DNA of 64,000 nucleotides, from assembly GCA_034530615.2 (NCBI GenBank), contig JAVRCV020000022.1, positions 32,001 through 96,000 on the forward strand, read 5' to 3'. Of this stretch, positions 54,190 to 64,000 are shown piece by piece (the stretch's first letter is position 1; each line of letters starts with the position of its first letter). The translations under genes and the position numbers were made by a program. Below the pieces are notes generated by a model. That model was not told the DNA's origin. It saw only the letters and a list, made by a program, of their open reading frames with translations, and did no database searches. Source of the DNA: Aulosira sp. ZfuVER01. GTDB lineage: Bacteria; Cyanobacteriota; Cyanobacteriia; Cyanobacteriales; Nostocaceae.

Positions 54190-57100
54190 ATGCTTGATAG
54201 CTATTCACTCATTGAATTTGCCAGCCGCGCTAGCAATCTATCTGAGCGCACTTCGATTATTAAGCAATTAGCTGAACACGATTTACAGGTAGAGTGTATT
54301 AATCAAATTAATCCTCTTGATACCTGGATTGTGGACAAATTAGCAGGAAAATTAGCTATAAAGTCTATTAAGAAGAACTCTAATCAAAATCAGCAGGAAT
54401 TTGAGCTAGCTACAAAAACTGCTGATTTCAAAGAAATACTCACTAACTATAAATTCTATGAGTTAAATTTAGCTAATTTACCTGAATCAGATAGGTGGGA
54501 ATTTATTAAACCCCATAGTAAATGGTTAGATACATACCAAGCAGCTTTAGCAACATTAGATTTACCAATAAAGGATTTTAATACTAGTTACTGGTATCAA
54601 CCTAATATTTACTACGGAAAATTTGCTAAAGTTTGCGAACCATTTCTACGACTATTACAGCAAAAATTACATCTATCTACAGCTAGCAGCTATCAAATTA
54701 ATCCGCAAGTCTTAACTGACATTCAGATGCACCTGCTAAAGCGCTTTGAACTTTCTTTAGCTTGGGCATTGGAAGCAGATATAAATGTTTACTGTGCTAA
54801 AAATAATATCGCTAAAACAGCTGATTCTCTTGATGCTTACATCGCTTATTTGGAAAATACATTTAGTAGCGAGGAAGATTACCATCGCTTTTATAGCAAG
54901 TTTCCTGTACTCGGACGTTGGTTAGCTCAAATCACTAATTTTCTTTACACTGTTGCGGAGAAACTGATACAGCGTTTGACTTTGGATTTGGAAGAAATTA
55001 GTTCCACATTCTTTGATGGTAGACAAATTTTACAAATTAAATCCTTAAAGTTAGGTCAGTCCGATCATCATGCTGAGGGTAATAGTGTCATAATTATTGA
55101 ACTAGAGTTAATCAATGGTGAAATTGTCACTCTTGTTTATAAACCTCGCTGTTTGCAATCTGAAGTAGCAATGCAAGGGTTTTTAGAAACTTTAAACCAA
55201 GCAAAAGTTATCGAATTCGCTACTTATCGAGTGCTTTGTCAGGATGGTTACGGTTATGCAGAGTTTATTACCTCTGGAAAAAATCATGTTCAAAGCGAAA
55301 AAGACATTGAGCAGTTTTACAACCAACTTGGTGGATATTTAGCAATATTTTATATTCTCGGCGGCGGCGATATGCATTATGAAAATATTCTTGTCGCCAA
55401 TGGTAATGCGTTTATTTGTGACTGCGAAACAGTTTTAGAAGTCATACCCCAGAGATTAGATAAGTTACCAAATACGGTATTTGATTCTGTATTTAAAACT
55501 GTAATGCTGGATTGGCCTCGCCCAAAAGCTGCGGGAAAAAATATCAGTATAACTGGTTATAGTGGTGGTGAATCTTATGAGTCTCCATTTACTGTGACTA
55601 AAATTAATGACTATCGAATGTCATTAGCTTTAGCAGTAGAATCCAAGGTTGGGGAAGAGGTTAAGGTAGAAGCAACAAATCGCATCTATTATCAAGGAAA
55701 GCTAGTCAAACCGCAGAATTATCAAGACTACATTGTTGGTGGATTTAACAAAGTTTATAGTTGGTTTCAAGATAATCAAACCCTAGCAATAGAGCAGATA
55801 AAACAACTATTTACACCTTCATCAGTACGTTTTATTAATGTAGGAACACAAGCTTATGTTAAGTTGATTGCTGCCGCCCAACATCCTAAATGTTTAGCCG
55901 ATCCATTAGAAGTAGATGTAATATTCAACAGTTTAATTGAGTGTAGTAAGGAGTGGGATGAAAATAATCAGATAGCTGAATGTGAAGTTGCGGCTTTATG
56001 GCAATTAGATGTTCCTTTGTTTACAGCTAAAGCAAATGATGCCGAGCAACTAATTTATAACTATCAACATTCGCTATCATGTCATTTAGTAAGTTCGCCC
56101 TTGGATAATGCTGCCAAGCGTATTCAGAAGTTAACTCGAGAAAACCAAATTAGACAAAATCAATATATTTATGCCAGCTTGTCTACCGAGGAAATTAATA
56201 ATCAATATTTCATTGCTGCGGCTGTTAATTATGCACAACAAATAGGCTGGCAATTGTGCGACTTACTAGAGCCACCCATAAGCAATGCTCCGTGGAAAAA
56301 TTATGAATTCACAGGTACTAGTAAAAACTTAGTAGATATTCGGTCTGATTTATATGCTGGGACGGCAGGAATTTGCCTATTTTTAGCTTACCTAGATTAT
56401 GTACAACCACAGCCTGAATTCCGCCAAGCGGCAGAAAGAGCTTTAGATTATTCTATTAAGCGACGTGATACTACAACCATTGGCGTATTTCAAGGAGCAA
56501 CTGGTTTAATTTATCTGTTAACACACCTTGCTCAACTATGGAATAAACCAGAACTACTCGATTTAGCTGTTAACTTGATTGATGAACTAATTCCTATTAT
56601 TAATCAAGACAAATACTTTGACGTTCTTCATGGTGTTGCCGGGATTATTCCTGTGATGCTAACTTTAGCAGAAGCTGGATATGAGTCAGCACTCGATTGT
56701 GCTAACAAGTGTGCAGAACACTTGCTCAAACATGGAATTTGTGAAAACGGTACGCTGAGTTGGCCTTGTCATCCACCAGAATTAGCACAAGCAAATTTAA
56801 CTGGCTTTTCTCACGGTGCTAGTGGTATTGGCTGGGCGTTAATTTTGCTTGGTTGCTATCTACAAAAAGATGAATACGTTCAAGCCGGACGCCAAGCTTT
56901 TGCTTATGAAACTACTAAATTTGATGTAGCCGAGAGAGATTGGTATGACTTGCGGACATCAATGATGAAATCAAATTCAAATATGCCACATTTTGCTAAC
57001 GCTTGGTGTAATGGTGCATCTGGAATTGGTTTAAGTCGTATTGCTAGTTGGGCTGCTTTAGGCAAAGTTGATGAGGATTTATTGCGCGATGCTTATGCAG

Positions 57101-57435
57101 CATTGAGTGCAACATTACGCAATTTTCAGCAGTTAGGAAATGATTCATTATGTCATGGTAGAGCAGGCAATGCGGAATTGCTATTACGGTTTGCCGAGTT
57201 GAGGGATGAGCCTTATTTACAGATGGAAGTAAATATCCAAGCACAAGCACAATGGCGAAATTTTGAGAATACACGTCATTGGATTTGTGGTACTGGTGGT
57301 AGCGATGTTGTCCCCGATTTAATGTTGGGATTAGCAGGTATTGGCATACACTTTTTACGTTTAGCCTATCCAAAAGAGATTCCTTCACCCCTGCTATTAG
57401 ATCCGCCATCTAAGAGTGTATTGATGAAATCTTAA
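54190..57435 (+). CDS. lanM: Class II lanthipeptide synthetase
   Basis: SDHH, VYKP, DMHYENI, DCET dehydratase; GFSHG, WCNG, LCHG cyclase motifs. Confidence 0.95.
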   Translation: MLDSYSLIEFASRASNLSERTSIIKQLAEHDLQVECINQINPLDTWIVDKLAGKLAIKSIKKNSNQNQQEFELATKTADFKEILTNYKFYELNLANLPESDRWEFIKPHSKWLDTYQAALATLDLPIKDFNTSYWYQPNIYYGKFAKVCEPFLRLLQQKLHLSTASSYQINPQVLTDIQMHLLKRFELSLAWALEADINVYCAKNNIAKTADSLDAYIAYLENTFSSEEDYHRFYSKFPVLGRWLAQITNFLYTVAEKLIQRLTLDLEEISSTFFDGRQILQIKSLKLGQSDHHAEGNSVIIIELELINGEIVTLVYKPRCLQSEVAMQGFLETLNQAKVIEFATYRVLCQDGYGYAEFITSGKNHVQSEKDIEQFYNQLGGYLAIFYILGGGDMHYENILVANGNAFICDCETVLEVIPQRLDKLPNTVFDSVFKTVMLDWPRPKAAGKNISITGYSGGESYESPFTVTKINDYRMSLALAVESKVGEEVKVEATNRIYYQGKLVKPQNYQDYIVGGFNKVYSWFQDNQTLAIEQIKQLFTPSSVRFINVGTQAYVKLIAAAQHPKCLADPLEVDVIFNSLIECSKEWDENNQIAECEVAALWQLDVPLFTAKANDAEQLIYNYQHSLSCHLVSSPLDNAAKRIQKLTRENQIRQNQYIYASLSTEEINNQYFIAAAVNYAQQIGWQLCDLLEPPISNAPWKNYEFTGTSKNLVDIRSDLYAGTAGICLFLAYLDYVQPQPEFRQAAERALDYSIKRRDTTTIGVFQGATGLIYLLTHLAQLWNKPELLDLAVNLIDELIPIINQDKYFDVLHGVAGIIPVMLTLAEAGYESALDCANKCAEHLLKHGICENGTLSWPCHPPELAQANLTGFSHGASGIGWALILLGCYLQKDEYVQAGRQAFAYETTKFDVAERDWYDLRTSMMKSNSNMPHFANAWCNGASGIGLSRIASWAALGKVDEDLLRDAYAALSATLRNFQQLGNDSLCHGRAGNAELLLRFAELRDEPYLQMEVNIQAQAQWRNFENTRHWICGTGGSDVVPDLMLGLAGIGIHFLRLAYPKEIPSPLLLDPPSKSVLMKS

Positions 57436-57448
57436 CCAGGAATACTTA

Positions 57449-58372
57449 ATGATGCTAAAACAAGCTATTTTAGAGTTTCATAAAAAAATCTCCAAAAGCG
57501 AGGAGATGCAACAGCAAATTAGGGCAATTACAACTTATCAAGAATTAATTAAGTTTGGTGAAAGGTACGGCTATTCCTTTACGAAGGAAGATATTAGAAA
57601 TGCGAGTAGTTCTATCAATGAGAATGAGCCAGAAGTTCCTGTAAGGCAAGCTGTTTCTAGTTCAAGTAAAATTTCTCAGCAGAAGTATCATCATGAATTC
57701 AAATGCTTAGATATTCCCGAATTAGCAAAAATTGCTCCAGAGTTTGATAAGTTAAAAATTAAGCCAAGTACGGTAGATATTAACCACTTTGACAGTTATT
57801 TTAGAAAGGATGATTTTAACTTTCTTTCTCTCTCTCCGGCTGCACAAGAATTCAATTCTCGTCATCATGAGATTGTTACGTCAGAGAGTAGTTCCGCAGT
57901 TCTGGAACCTTATCCTGAATACACTAAACGTTCGTTTCACTTAATAAATTTGGATCTTCATGTCGATCACTTAGTTTATGAACAGTATTTTCTGACTAAA
58001 TTGAAAATAATTAAATATCTAGAAAATCTTTTTGAAACTGAAGTTAGATTTTCGGGCAGCTTATGGTATCCGCCTAATTCTTATAGATTATGGCATACCA
58101 ATGAAACCCAGCCTGGTTGGAGAATGTATTGGATCGATTACGATGGTTTTGAGCAAGATACTCGCGATCGCCCATTTTTTCGCTATATGAATCCTGAGAC
58201 TAAGGAGTTGGTAACACTTGAGGAACAATCGAAGATAGTCAGGTTTTTTAGGGTCGAAAATGATGCCAATAAATTATTCTGGCATTGTATAGCTAACCCA
58301 ACAAAATTTAATCGCTGGAGTTTCGGATTTGTTGTTTCTAACAATTGGATGGATAAATTATTTTGTGGCTGA
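57449..58372 (+). CDS. Nif11-like domain fused to putative Fe(II) oxygenase/cupin domain
   Basis: N-term ILEF..K...QQI...ELIKFG..YGYSFTKEDI; C-term YPP...WHTN...WHC...RWSFGF. Confidence 0.55.
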   Translation: MMLKQAILEFHKKISKSEEMQQQIRAITTYQELIKFGERYGYSFTKEDIRNASSSINENEPEVPVRQAVSSSSKISQQKYHHEFKCLDIPELAKIAPEFDKLKIKPSTVDINHFDSYFRKDDFNFLSLSPAAQEFNSRHHEIVTSESSSAVLEPYPEYTKRSFHLINLDLHVDHLVYEQYFLTKLKIIKYLENLFETEVRFSGSLWYPPNSYRLWHTNETQPGWRMYWIDYDGFEQDTRDRPFFRYMNPETKELVTLEEQSKIVRFFRVENDANKLFWHCIANPTKFNRWSFGFVVSNNWMDKLFCG

Positions 58373-58413
58373 GAAAAACACAAGTAATAAATTGAAGATA
58401 GAGGTAGATTGGC

Positions 58414-59133
58414 GTGAATAGCAATGTATTAGAGTCTTCTCCCATCGCTCCACGAAACTGGCAATCAGTATTAGAAGTATATCAAGCTTCTGCGCCATTC
58501 AATTATGCAGTGATGGATAATTTTCTCCATCCTGATATATGCCATAAACTTCATCAAGAACTGCTAAATCATTGGGGATGGAGCTATCAAGAGCATCTGG
58601 AACACCCTGTAATTAGTAATACAGCACCAGAAATTGAGACCATTTTTATGATTGCAGAATCGCTCAAAGCTCATTGTTCTTCTTTATTGTTAGGTTATGA
58701 ATTAGTTGAACACTGGGCACTGATATATCCTAAAAACGCTCCAGGGAAAGTGCATTCTGATATTGGCGCTATTACTTTAAATATTTGGTTGACACCAGAG
58801 CAGTTCAACTTAGATTCTAGCAGTGGCGGCTTGATTTTTTTTGATGTCAAGCGGCAATCTGAAGCTACCTCGAATCAGTCTGTATCATATCTTTGGTCAG
58901 AGCAGTATTTGAAAGATTTTACCCAAGGACAAAAAGCTACTGTTAATTATAAATGGAATCGTGCATTACTATTTGACGCTAAAACTTTTCATCAAACTGA
59001 TACTTTTTGCTTTGCCAATTTGCAACCGGATTCTCACCGCATTAATCTTTCTTTAGCATTCGACAATCCTGAACTTTATGGCGATCGCATTGACTCGTTT
59101 AAAAAAATGTTGAAGACTTCTCAATCCAGTTAG
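58414..59133 (+). CDS. Putative 2OG-Fe(II) oxygenase
   Basis: HSD...GGLIFF...NRALLFD..TFH...RINL. Confidence 0.7.
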   Translation: MNSNVLESSPIAPRNWQSVLEVYQASAPFNYAVMDNFLHPDICHKLHQELLNHWGWSYQEHLEHPVISNTAPEIETIFMIAESLKAHCSSLLLGYELVEHWALIYPKNAPGKVHSDIGAITLNIWLTPEQFNLDSSSGGLIFFDVKRQSEATSNQSVSYLWSEQYLKDFTQGQKATVNYKWNRALLFDAKTFHQTDTFCFANLQPDSHRINLSLAFDNPELYGDRIDSFKKMLKTSQSS

Positions 59134-59176
59134 GGCATAACGTATGGGTAAAGCGATGGCTTCGCCAACGCCAAGG

Positions 59177-59312
59177 GCGAACGCGCTCGTAAAGCCACGA
59201 TTACTCGCTTAAAATCAATCGCAGACGCAAAAGCAACTTTTACAGAGACGCCATAATTCAAATCTGCGATCGCTTCTACAACTCAAACATCACCAGTTAC
59301 AAGAGCGATCGC
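59177..59312 (+). repeat. 136-bp direct repeat, right copy
   Basis: Homologous to 48432-48567. Confidence 0.85.
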
Positions 59313-59853
59313 AAAGCCTTCATAACCTATACATCTTTTTTGATTTGTCAAGTTCATACTATACCAAGCTTCTACTGTAGACAACTTATGGTTGCAGTCA
59401 CATTTGTAGCAACACTAAGGGTAACGCAAACAAGCCGATTTGCATAAATCAAGCTGAAATTGAGACATTCTTGACTAGATTAGTAAACTTTTATCACGAG
59501 AATGCGCACATTGAAGTCTTGAAGTTTACACTGACTTTTGACATAGCGTGGAGAACACAAGGGTTATTCTTCTAACAAACAACTCTAGGTAGCTGTCAAT
59601 CTGTTCTGTGATCCGCCTAATTGGTGTAGTAAACATCAAATTTTCACTCTTTGCATACTGTTGAGATCGACTTCCCGAAAATTGTTCACCCGCCCGGAAA
59701 CTAATATTTTTTTTGCAGAGCTAGAACTACTGTAGAAATTGAGGTACAAGTTCACCATGACTTTGGCAAGCGTTATTGCTTGTCGTTAGTTAATGGTGAA
59801 ATGTCACGAGCGATCGCAGTCAAACACAGTCCTCGCATAAGTTAGCTTTGGCT

Positions 59854-60792
59854 ATGTTGAGTCAGATTTTTGATGCTTTGAATATGTATCTTCCACCACC
59901 AGTACCACCATTACCGGCACCTAGCCTTTCAGCGATCGGTGTGACGGAACGGACAATTGGGCTGGGAAACCGTCGCGGTAACGAGACACGTGGGGGTATT
60001 GCTGTAGTCGCCTTAAAGGGGGGAAGACTGGATGCAGTAGTGCGGTTTCAACTTTGGGCTAGCCAATTCGATGAAGTAGAGACGGCACTGATTGAGTTAC
60101 GCGATCGCTTAGAAGCAGATAAAGTAAATTTACGGTCTCAAGGCTTTCTGCGCTTTGCTTTAGAAGCCATATCCCAAGCCGAGTTTAACCCCACTCTCAA
60201 TGCCTGGTTCAAAACCCTCGATTGCAAAGTTTTATACGAGTTTTACTACCAAGACACTGACGGTGCTGAAAGCTTAATTACTCGCATTCCCGTGGCTATC
60301 AATGGGGAATACAGTGAGTCTACCATCGTGACTGGGGACATGGTGCGTTGGGATAACGAGCGATCGCCAACCCTCGTTGTACAAGGATCTTTGATAATTA
60401 GCCGTTTGACAGCTTTAGTCTTTATTCCTGGTACAACGCCTGCTGGTGCGGTACTCCTCACACGTAGGGATGGTTCGGCTAGTTCGCCCACAATCTACCC
60501 CACCTTAGCAGCATTTCTGAGTGCGATCGCAGATGCCAAAGCCCCGACTCGTAATGCTTTGGTCATCTTTCCCACTTTCAGCGATTTCTTGAGTGCCTTT
60601 CAAGCAGCAGGCGATCCTGTAACCTTGGGTGACTGGAATCAAGATGGAGTACCAGACACTTACCAATCGCGGGCACTGGTACTGAATCCAGCCATTGAGC
60701 TAGCAAATTTTACAGACCGTTTAGAGATTGCTTATCAAGATACTGCTCTTAACCAGGTTGCCGTAGTTTATTTACGCGCTGGACGCAAATAG
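59854..60792 (+). CDS. Hypothetical protein, first gene of tail-like operon
   Basis: ~312-aa ORF directly upstream of sheath gene. Confidence 0.65.
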   Translation: MLSQIFDALNMYLPPPVPPLPAPSLSAIGVTERTIGLGNRRGNETRGGIAVVALKGGRLDAVVRFQLWASQFDEVETALIELRDRLEADKVNLRSQGFLRFALEAISQAEFNPTLNAWFKTLDCKVLYEFYYQDTDGAESLITRIPVAINGEYSESTIVTGDMVRWDNERSPTLVVQGSLIISRLTALVFIPGTTPAGAVLLTRRDGSASSPTIYPTLAAFLSAIADAKAPTRNALVIFPTFSDFLSAFQAAGDPVTLGDWNQDGVPDTYQSRALVLNPAIELANFTDRLEIAYQDTALNQVAVVYLRAGRK

Positions 60793-60863
60793 AGCATCTA
60801 GAGCTATTCCCCATGACTAAACATGGTTATTTCATCTCCCCAAATTAAGGAGGATACGCAAAC

Positions 60864-62003
60864 ATGACAGATATTTTGCCAGGTGTCTATATTCAAGTGC
60901 GAGCCGAGGGATTGATTGTCCCTGGTGGGATTTCATCAGGCAATATTGGTATTGTCGGTACTGCCAAACAAGCAAAAGATTCCCAAGGTAACGATATTCC
61001 AAATTTGACAGTCGTACCTCTGGGCAGTTACGACGAGGCAAAACAAATCTTCGGAGACTACGATGCCTTTGATCCCACTAAAGCAGTAGAAGATTTTACT
61101 TTAGTGCGGGCTTTAGAAATAGCCTATTCCAACGGTGCTTCCTCAGTTTATGCAGTCAAAGTTCCGACTACCAGTGACACTGACTATAAAGCAGGTTTTG
61201 ACAAGTTATTGACCGAAGATGTGCAAATCGTAGTGGCTGCCGGTAAAGGCTTGGGGGCTAGCGACACAGGTATCGGTAATGAACTACAGTCCCATGTCGC
61301 TCAAGCTTCAAACGACGATTTTAAAAATGAACGGATTGCGGTGATTGGTGGCCCGCTCAACGCGACAGTAGCTCGGTTAAAGGCCAACAATCTCAGTGAT
61401 GCTGATGGTCGTATTATCCTCGTCGCGCCAGGGATTAGATTTACTGACGCCGCAGCTAAAAATGCTGATGGTAAAGTCGAACCGAAAGATGTCATTCTCC
61501 CAGCAGCTTACACGGCGGCGGCGGTTGCCGGATTACTTAGCTCTCGTAGTCCACAAGTGAGTTTAACTAATAAAACGCTGTCAGTAGCAGGGTTAGAAAC
61601 CAAGTTTAACGCCACCGAACTCAAAGACCTAATCAACGCAGGGGTATTGGCTCTAGAAGAACGGCGGGGCTTCCGTGTGGTTAGGGCTGTGACGACTGGT
61701 TTTAATGGAGGTGCTTTCGGGCAAATTACTACTCGTCGGATTGTAGACTTTGCCCGTAAAGGAGTACGTTCTGCATCTGAACCTTATATTGGTTTACTCA
61801 ACAACGACCGAGTGCGTAAAGCTCTCAAAGGTTCCATCAACGGCTTTTTAGCAGGGATGGTGGATGATGAGCAGTTGATTAGTTATGACTTGGATGTCAC
61901 CGCCACAAGAGATGAAGAGATTCGAGGCATTGCGAAAGTAACTCTGACTGTGCGTCCAACCTTCAGCATCGAATTTATCAAGGTAGTAATGTTCCTCGCT
62001 TAA
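60864..62003 (+). CDS. Contractile phage tail sheath protein
   Basis: LPGVYI N-term, IGIVG, RRIVD, YIGLLN, VRPTFSIEFI C-term. Confidence 0.88.
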   Translation: MTDILPGVYIQVRAEGLIVPGGISSGNIGIVGTAKQAKDSQGNDIPNLTVVPLGSYDEAKQIFGDYDAFDPTKAVEDFTLVRALEIAYSNGASSVYAVKVPTTSDTDYKAGFDKLLTEDVQIVVAAGKGLGASDTGIGNELQSHVAQASNDDFKNERIAVIGGPLNATVARLKANNLSDADGRIILVAPGIRFTDAAAKNADGKVEPKDVILPAAYTAAAVAGLLSSRSPQVSLTNKTLSVAGLETKFNATELKDLINAGVLALEERRGFRVVRAVTTGFNGGAFGQITTRRIVDFARKGVRSASEPYIGLLNNDRVRKALKGSINGFLAGMVDDEQLISYDLDVTATRDEEIRGIAKVTLTVRPTFSIEFIKVVMFLA

Positions 62004-62015
62004 GGAGAATCTTAA

Positions 62016-62519
62016 ATGCCCAATACTAACGTTTTCCGTGGCTCTGATGCCACCTTGACCCTCGCTAGTGAAGACTCACCAGAGGGACAAGCAGCTAACG
62101 AAATCATTGAATTCTACCAACTTAGCCCCGTCGGTCGGGCAACGAGTGTAGAAGTTTACGTGCAGACAGAGCTAGAACTATTTCATGAAATTGGTAGACG
62201 CCATCCAGCGGCCCTACGACCAGGCAACATCAATATCAGTGGTAAGATTGGTCGAGCTTATATCAACGGCGCTCTGTTGCGGCTGCTGCTAGGTAAAGGG
62301 GCATTAGTAGCTCGCGAAGCCGAACCCTACCCCCAACCATCCTTTAATTTGCTATTGGATTTGAAAGATCCAGCTATACCCAACACTAGCAGTACTCTGA
62401 CCATACATGGTGTGAAGTTCGAGAACTGGGCATATAGTCTACCTGAAGACGACTTTGTCATGGAATCTGTGAGCTTCAAGGGTCTGTTTATCACTGTTGA
62501 AGATAGAGAAGCTGCATAG
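62016..62519 (+). CDS. Probable tail tube protein
   Basis: 167 aa after sheath; HEIG...PGNINISG, FVMESVSF. Confidence 0.7.
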   Translation: MPNTNVFRGSDATLTLASEDSPEGQAANEIIEFYQLSPVGRATSVEVYVQTELELFHEIGRRHPAALRPGNINISGKIGRAYINGALLRLLLGKGALVAREAEPYPQPSFNLLLDLKDPAIPNTSSTLTIHGVKFENWAYSLPEDDFVMESVSFKGLFITVEDREAA

Positions 62520-62553
62520 AGATAACTAAAAATTGGGAAATTTTTGATTGCTT

Positions 62554-63024
62554 ATGACTCTCAGTGCTGAAGAGTTACTGGCTGGCAGTACTTTAACTCA
62601 CGAAGTAGAAATTCCATTTGACTTGCTAAGTACCAACGGTAACGGTACAGCTGATACCAGAGTAGTGTTGCGTCCGCTAACTGTACGCGATTTGCAAAAA
62701 ATTGCCAAGGCAGCTCGTGATGACGAGCAATTGTCTGCAACATTGATGATCCAACAGGGACTAGTTGAACCAGCGCTGAAACTAGAACAGGTTTCGCAAT
62801 TACCCGCAGGTATGGCGCGCTTTTTGGTGGAACGCATCAATACAATCAGCGGCATCAGCACCCCCCGCGACGCCTTGGCGGAGTTAGTGCAAACGCCCTT
62901 AGCCAGGGCCTGCTTCTTTCTAGCCAAAGAGTTTGGTTGGACACCAGAAGAGGTGAGTGGAATGACTATCGGTCAAATTCTGCTTTACCTGGAAATGGCT
63001 CGTGGAGGTGATGCTACGGGATGA
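62554..63024 (+). CDS. Probable tail assembly chaperone-like protein
   Basis: VVLRPLTVRD, LAKEFGWTPEEVSGMT. Confidence 0.6.
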   Translation: MTLSAEELLAGSTLTHEVEIPFDLLSTNGNGTADTRVVLRPLTVRDLQKIAKAARDDEQLSATLMIQQGLVEPALKLEQVSQLPAGMARFLVERINTISGISTPRDALAELVQTPLARACFFLAKEFGWTPEEVSGMTIGQILLYLEMARGGDATG

Positions 63025-64000
63025 ACCAAGCGAACAGTTTGTGGCAATGGGTACAGCCTTTGTCTGCAACTTTGGCTGGGGGAAAAGCACCAGTCTACTG
63101 GCAGCGCGATTTGCAGCTAACCTATGAGCGCCTAGATATTTTATGGCAACAGTCTGCTTGGGTAGCTCAAATCGCTCCCATCCGGTTAAATTTATCCGAT
63201 CAACCTTTGCTCGGTCATTCCTTAATAGCGCTGACTGAAGTGGGAACTCGTCCGTCTCAGGCGGAATCTGAATCTTCCTTACCTCAGCGATCGCGGTTGA
63301 CCTGGGAGAATTTACGGAGTGAAAAAGTAGACTTAATTACTCAACCTGTTCGCACAAACAAGATTCGGGCTGTACCCATCCCCAACAACCCAAGCAATCG
63401 CACCATCAGTCAATTTCCTGACAGCGACAGTCTCACAACTGCCAGACTCCCACCCGATGTTCCCCAAACATCATCTCAGCACTCTGTAACAATGGTGTTG
63501 CAACAATCGCCTCAAGTCAGCCAACAGTTGCTGTATCGTCTCGCTAGCGAAACTGATGCGAATTCTTGGCAACCGACTTGGAAAGAAGTGCGATCGCAGT
63601 ATCAAAATCAGTTAACCACAGCACAGCCAAAATCATCTCAGCAGCAGACAACACCATTCAATGGAGGCTCAATCAATAGAAATTTAAGTCCTATATTTAA
63701 CTCCAACTCTATCAATAGAGCTAACTTATCTTGGACACAAAGCCAGCCGCAAGCATGGCAACTGCGTTTAGTTGAGCGCGCGATCGCTTCCTTGAATCGA
63801 GAAAAATTTGCTCCAGCAACTGGGAATCGACTAGTCAAACCCGAACGCCCAGCTATTACCCTATCCCTAACTCAGCAGTGGTCAACACCGCTTAACGGTA
63901 AGACTGTTAACCGAGAAACTCTCAAACGTTTAGCTAATCCAAGCGTACCGGAAAACAACAGTTCCACTAGTAATGCTACCAAGGAGAAGGAGGTATCACA
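63021..64000 (+). CDS. Large Ser/Gln/Pro-rich hypothetical protein, incomplete
   Basis: ATGA overlap with previous stop; frame appears open to window end. Confidence 0.6.
   Translation, partial: MNQANSLWQWVQPLSATLAGGKAPVYWQRDLQLTYERLDILWQQSAWVAQIAPIRLNLSDQPLLGHSLIALTEVGTRPSQAESESSLPQRSRLTWENLRSEKVDLITQPVRTNKIRAVPIPNNPSNRTISQFPDSDSLTTARLPPDVPQTSSQHSVTMVLQQSPQVSQQLLYRLASETDANSWQPTWKEVRSQYQNQLTTAQPKSSQQQTTPFNGGSINRNLSPIFNSNSINRANLSWTQSQPQAWQLRLVERAIASLNREKFAPATGNRLVKPERPAITLSLTQQWSTPLNGKTVNRETLKRLANPSVPENNSSTSNATKEKEVS

Larger units (their letters stand above)
45026..64000. mobile_element. Probable nifK excision element, left part (>=19 kb)
   Basis: Truncated nifK, no nifK 3' end or nifEN in the remaining 19 kb, accessory cargo follows; recombinase and right repeat not seen. 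Confidence 0.7.

Overview
Chromosomal nif cluster of a heterocyst-forming cyanobacterium (Nostocales; very frequent HIP1 octamer GCGATCGC): fdxN(3' end)-nifS-nifU-glbN-nifH-nifD-nifK. Three genes are interrupted by programmed excision elements. (1) The right part of an fdxN element (1..~18563; xisF, TATTC site) carries RT-Cas1 between two divergent CRISPR arrays, a TPR-CHAT protease and a second large serine recombinase; no xisH/xisI lies in the window. (2) A complete 19,063-bp nifD element (GGATTACTCCG repeats at 24307 and 43370; xisA) carries two restriction-modification modules, a RAYT with REPs, MITE-like repeats and assorted cargo. (3) A probable nifK element starts at ~45026 and runs off the window. 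It carries an orphan CRISPR array, the start of a contractile phage-tail-like operon, and a ~10.6-kb cassette flanked by 136-bp direct repeats. The cassette encodes a cinnamycin/duramycin-like lanthipeptide (core CQTSCTGGPYTIVCDGSTK), LanM, two putative oxygenases, an ABC transporter and a cyanobactin-type (LynF/TruF/PagF) prenyltransferase. This putative prenylated-lanthipeptide cassette is the best candidate for an undescribed system. All family assignments are by eye from motifs; no searches were run.
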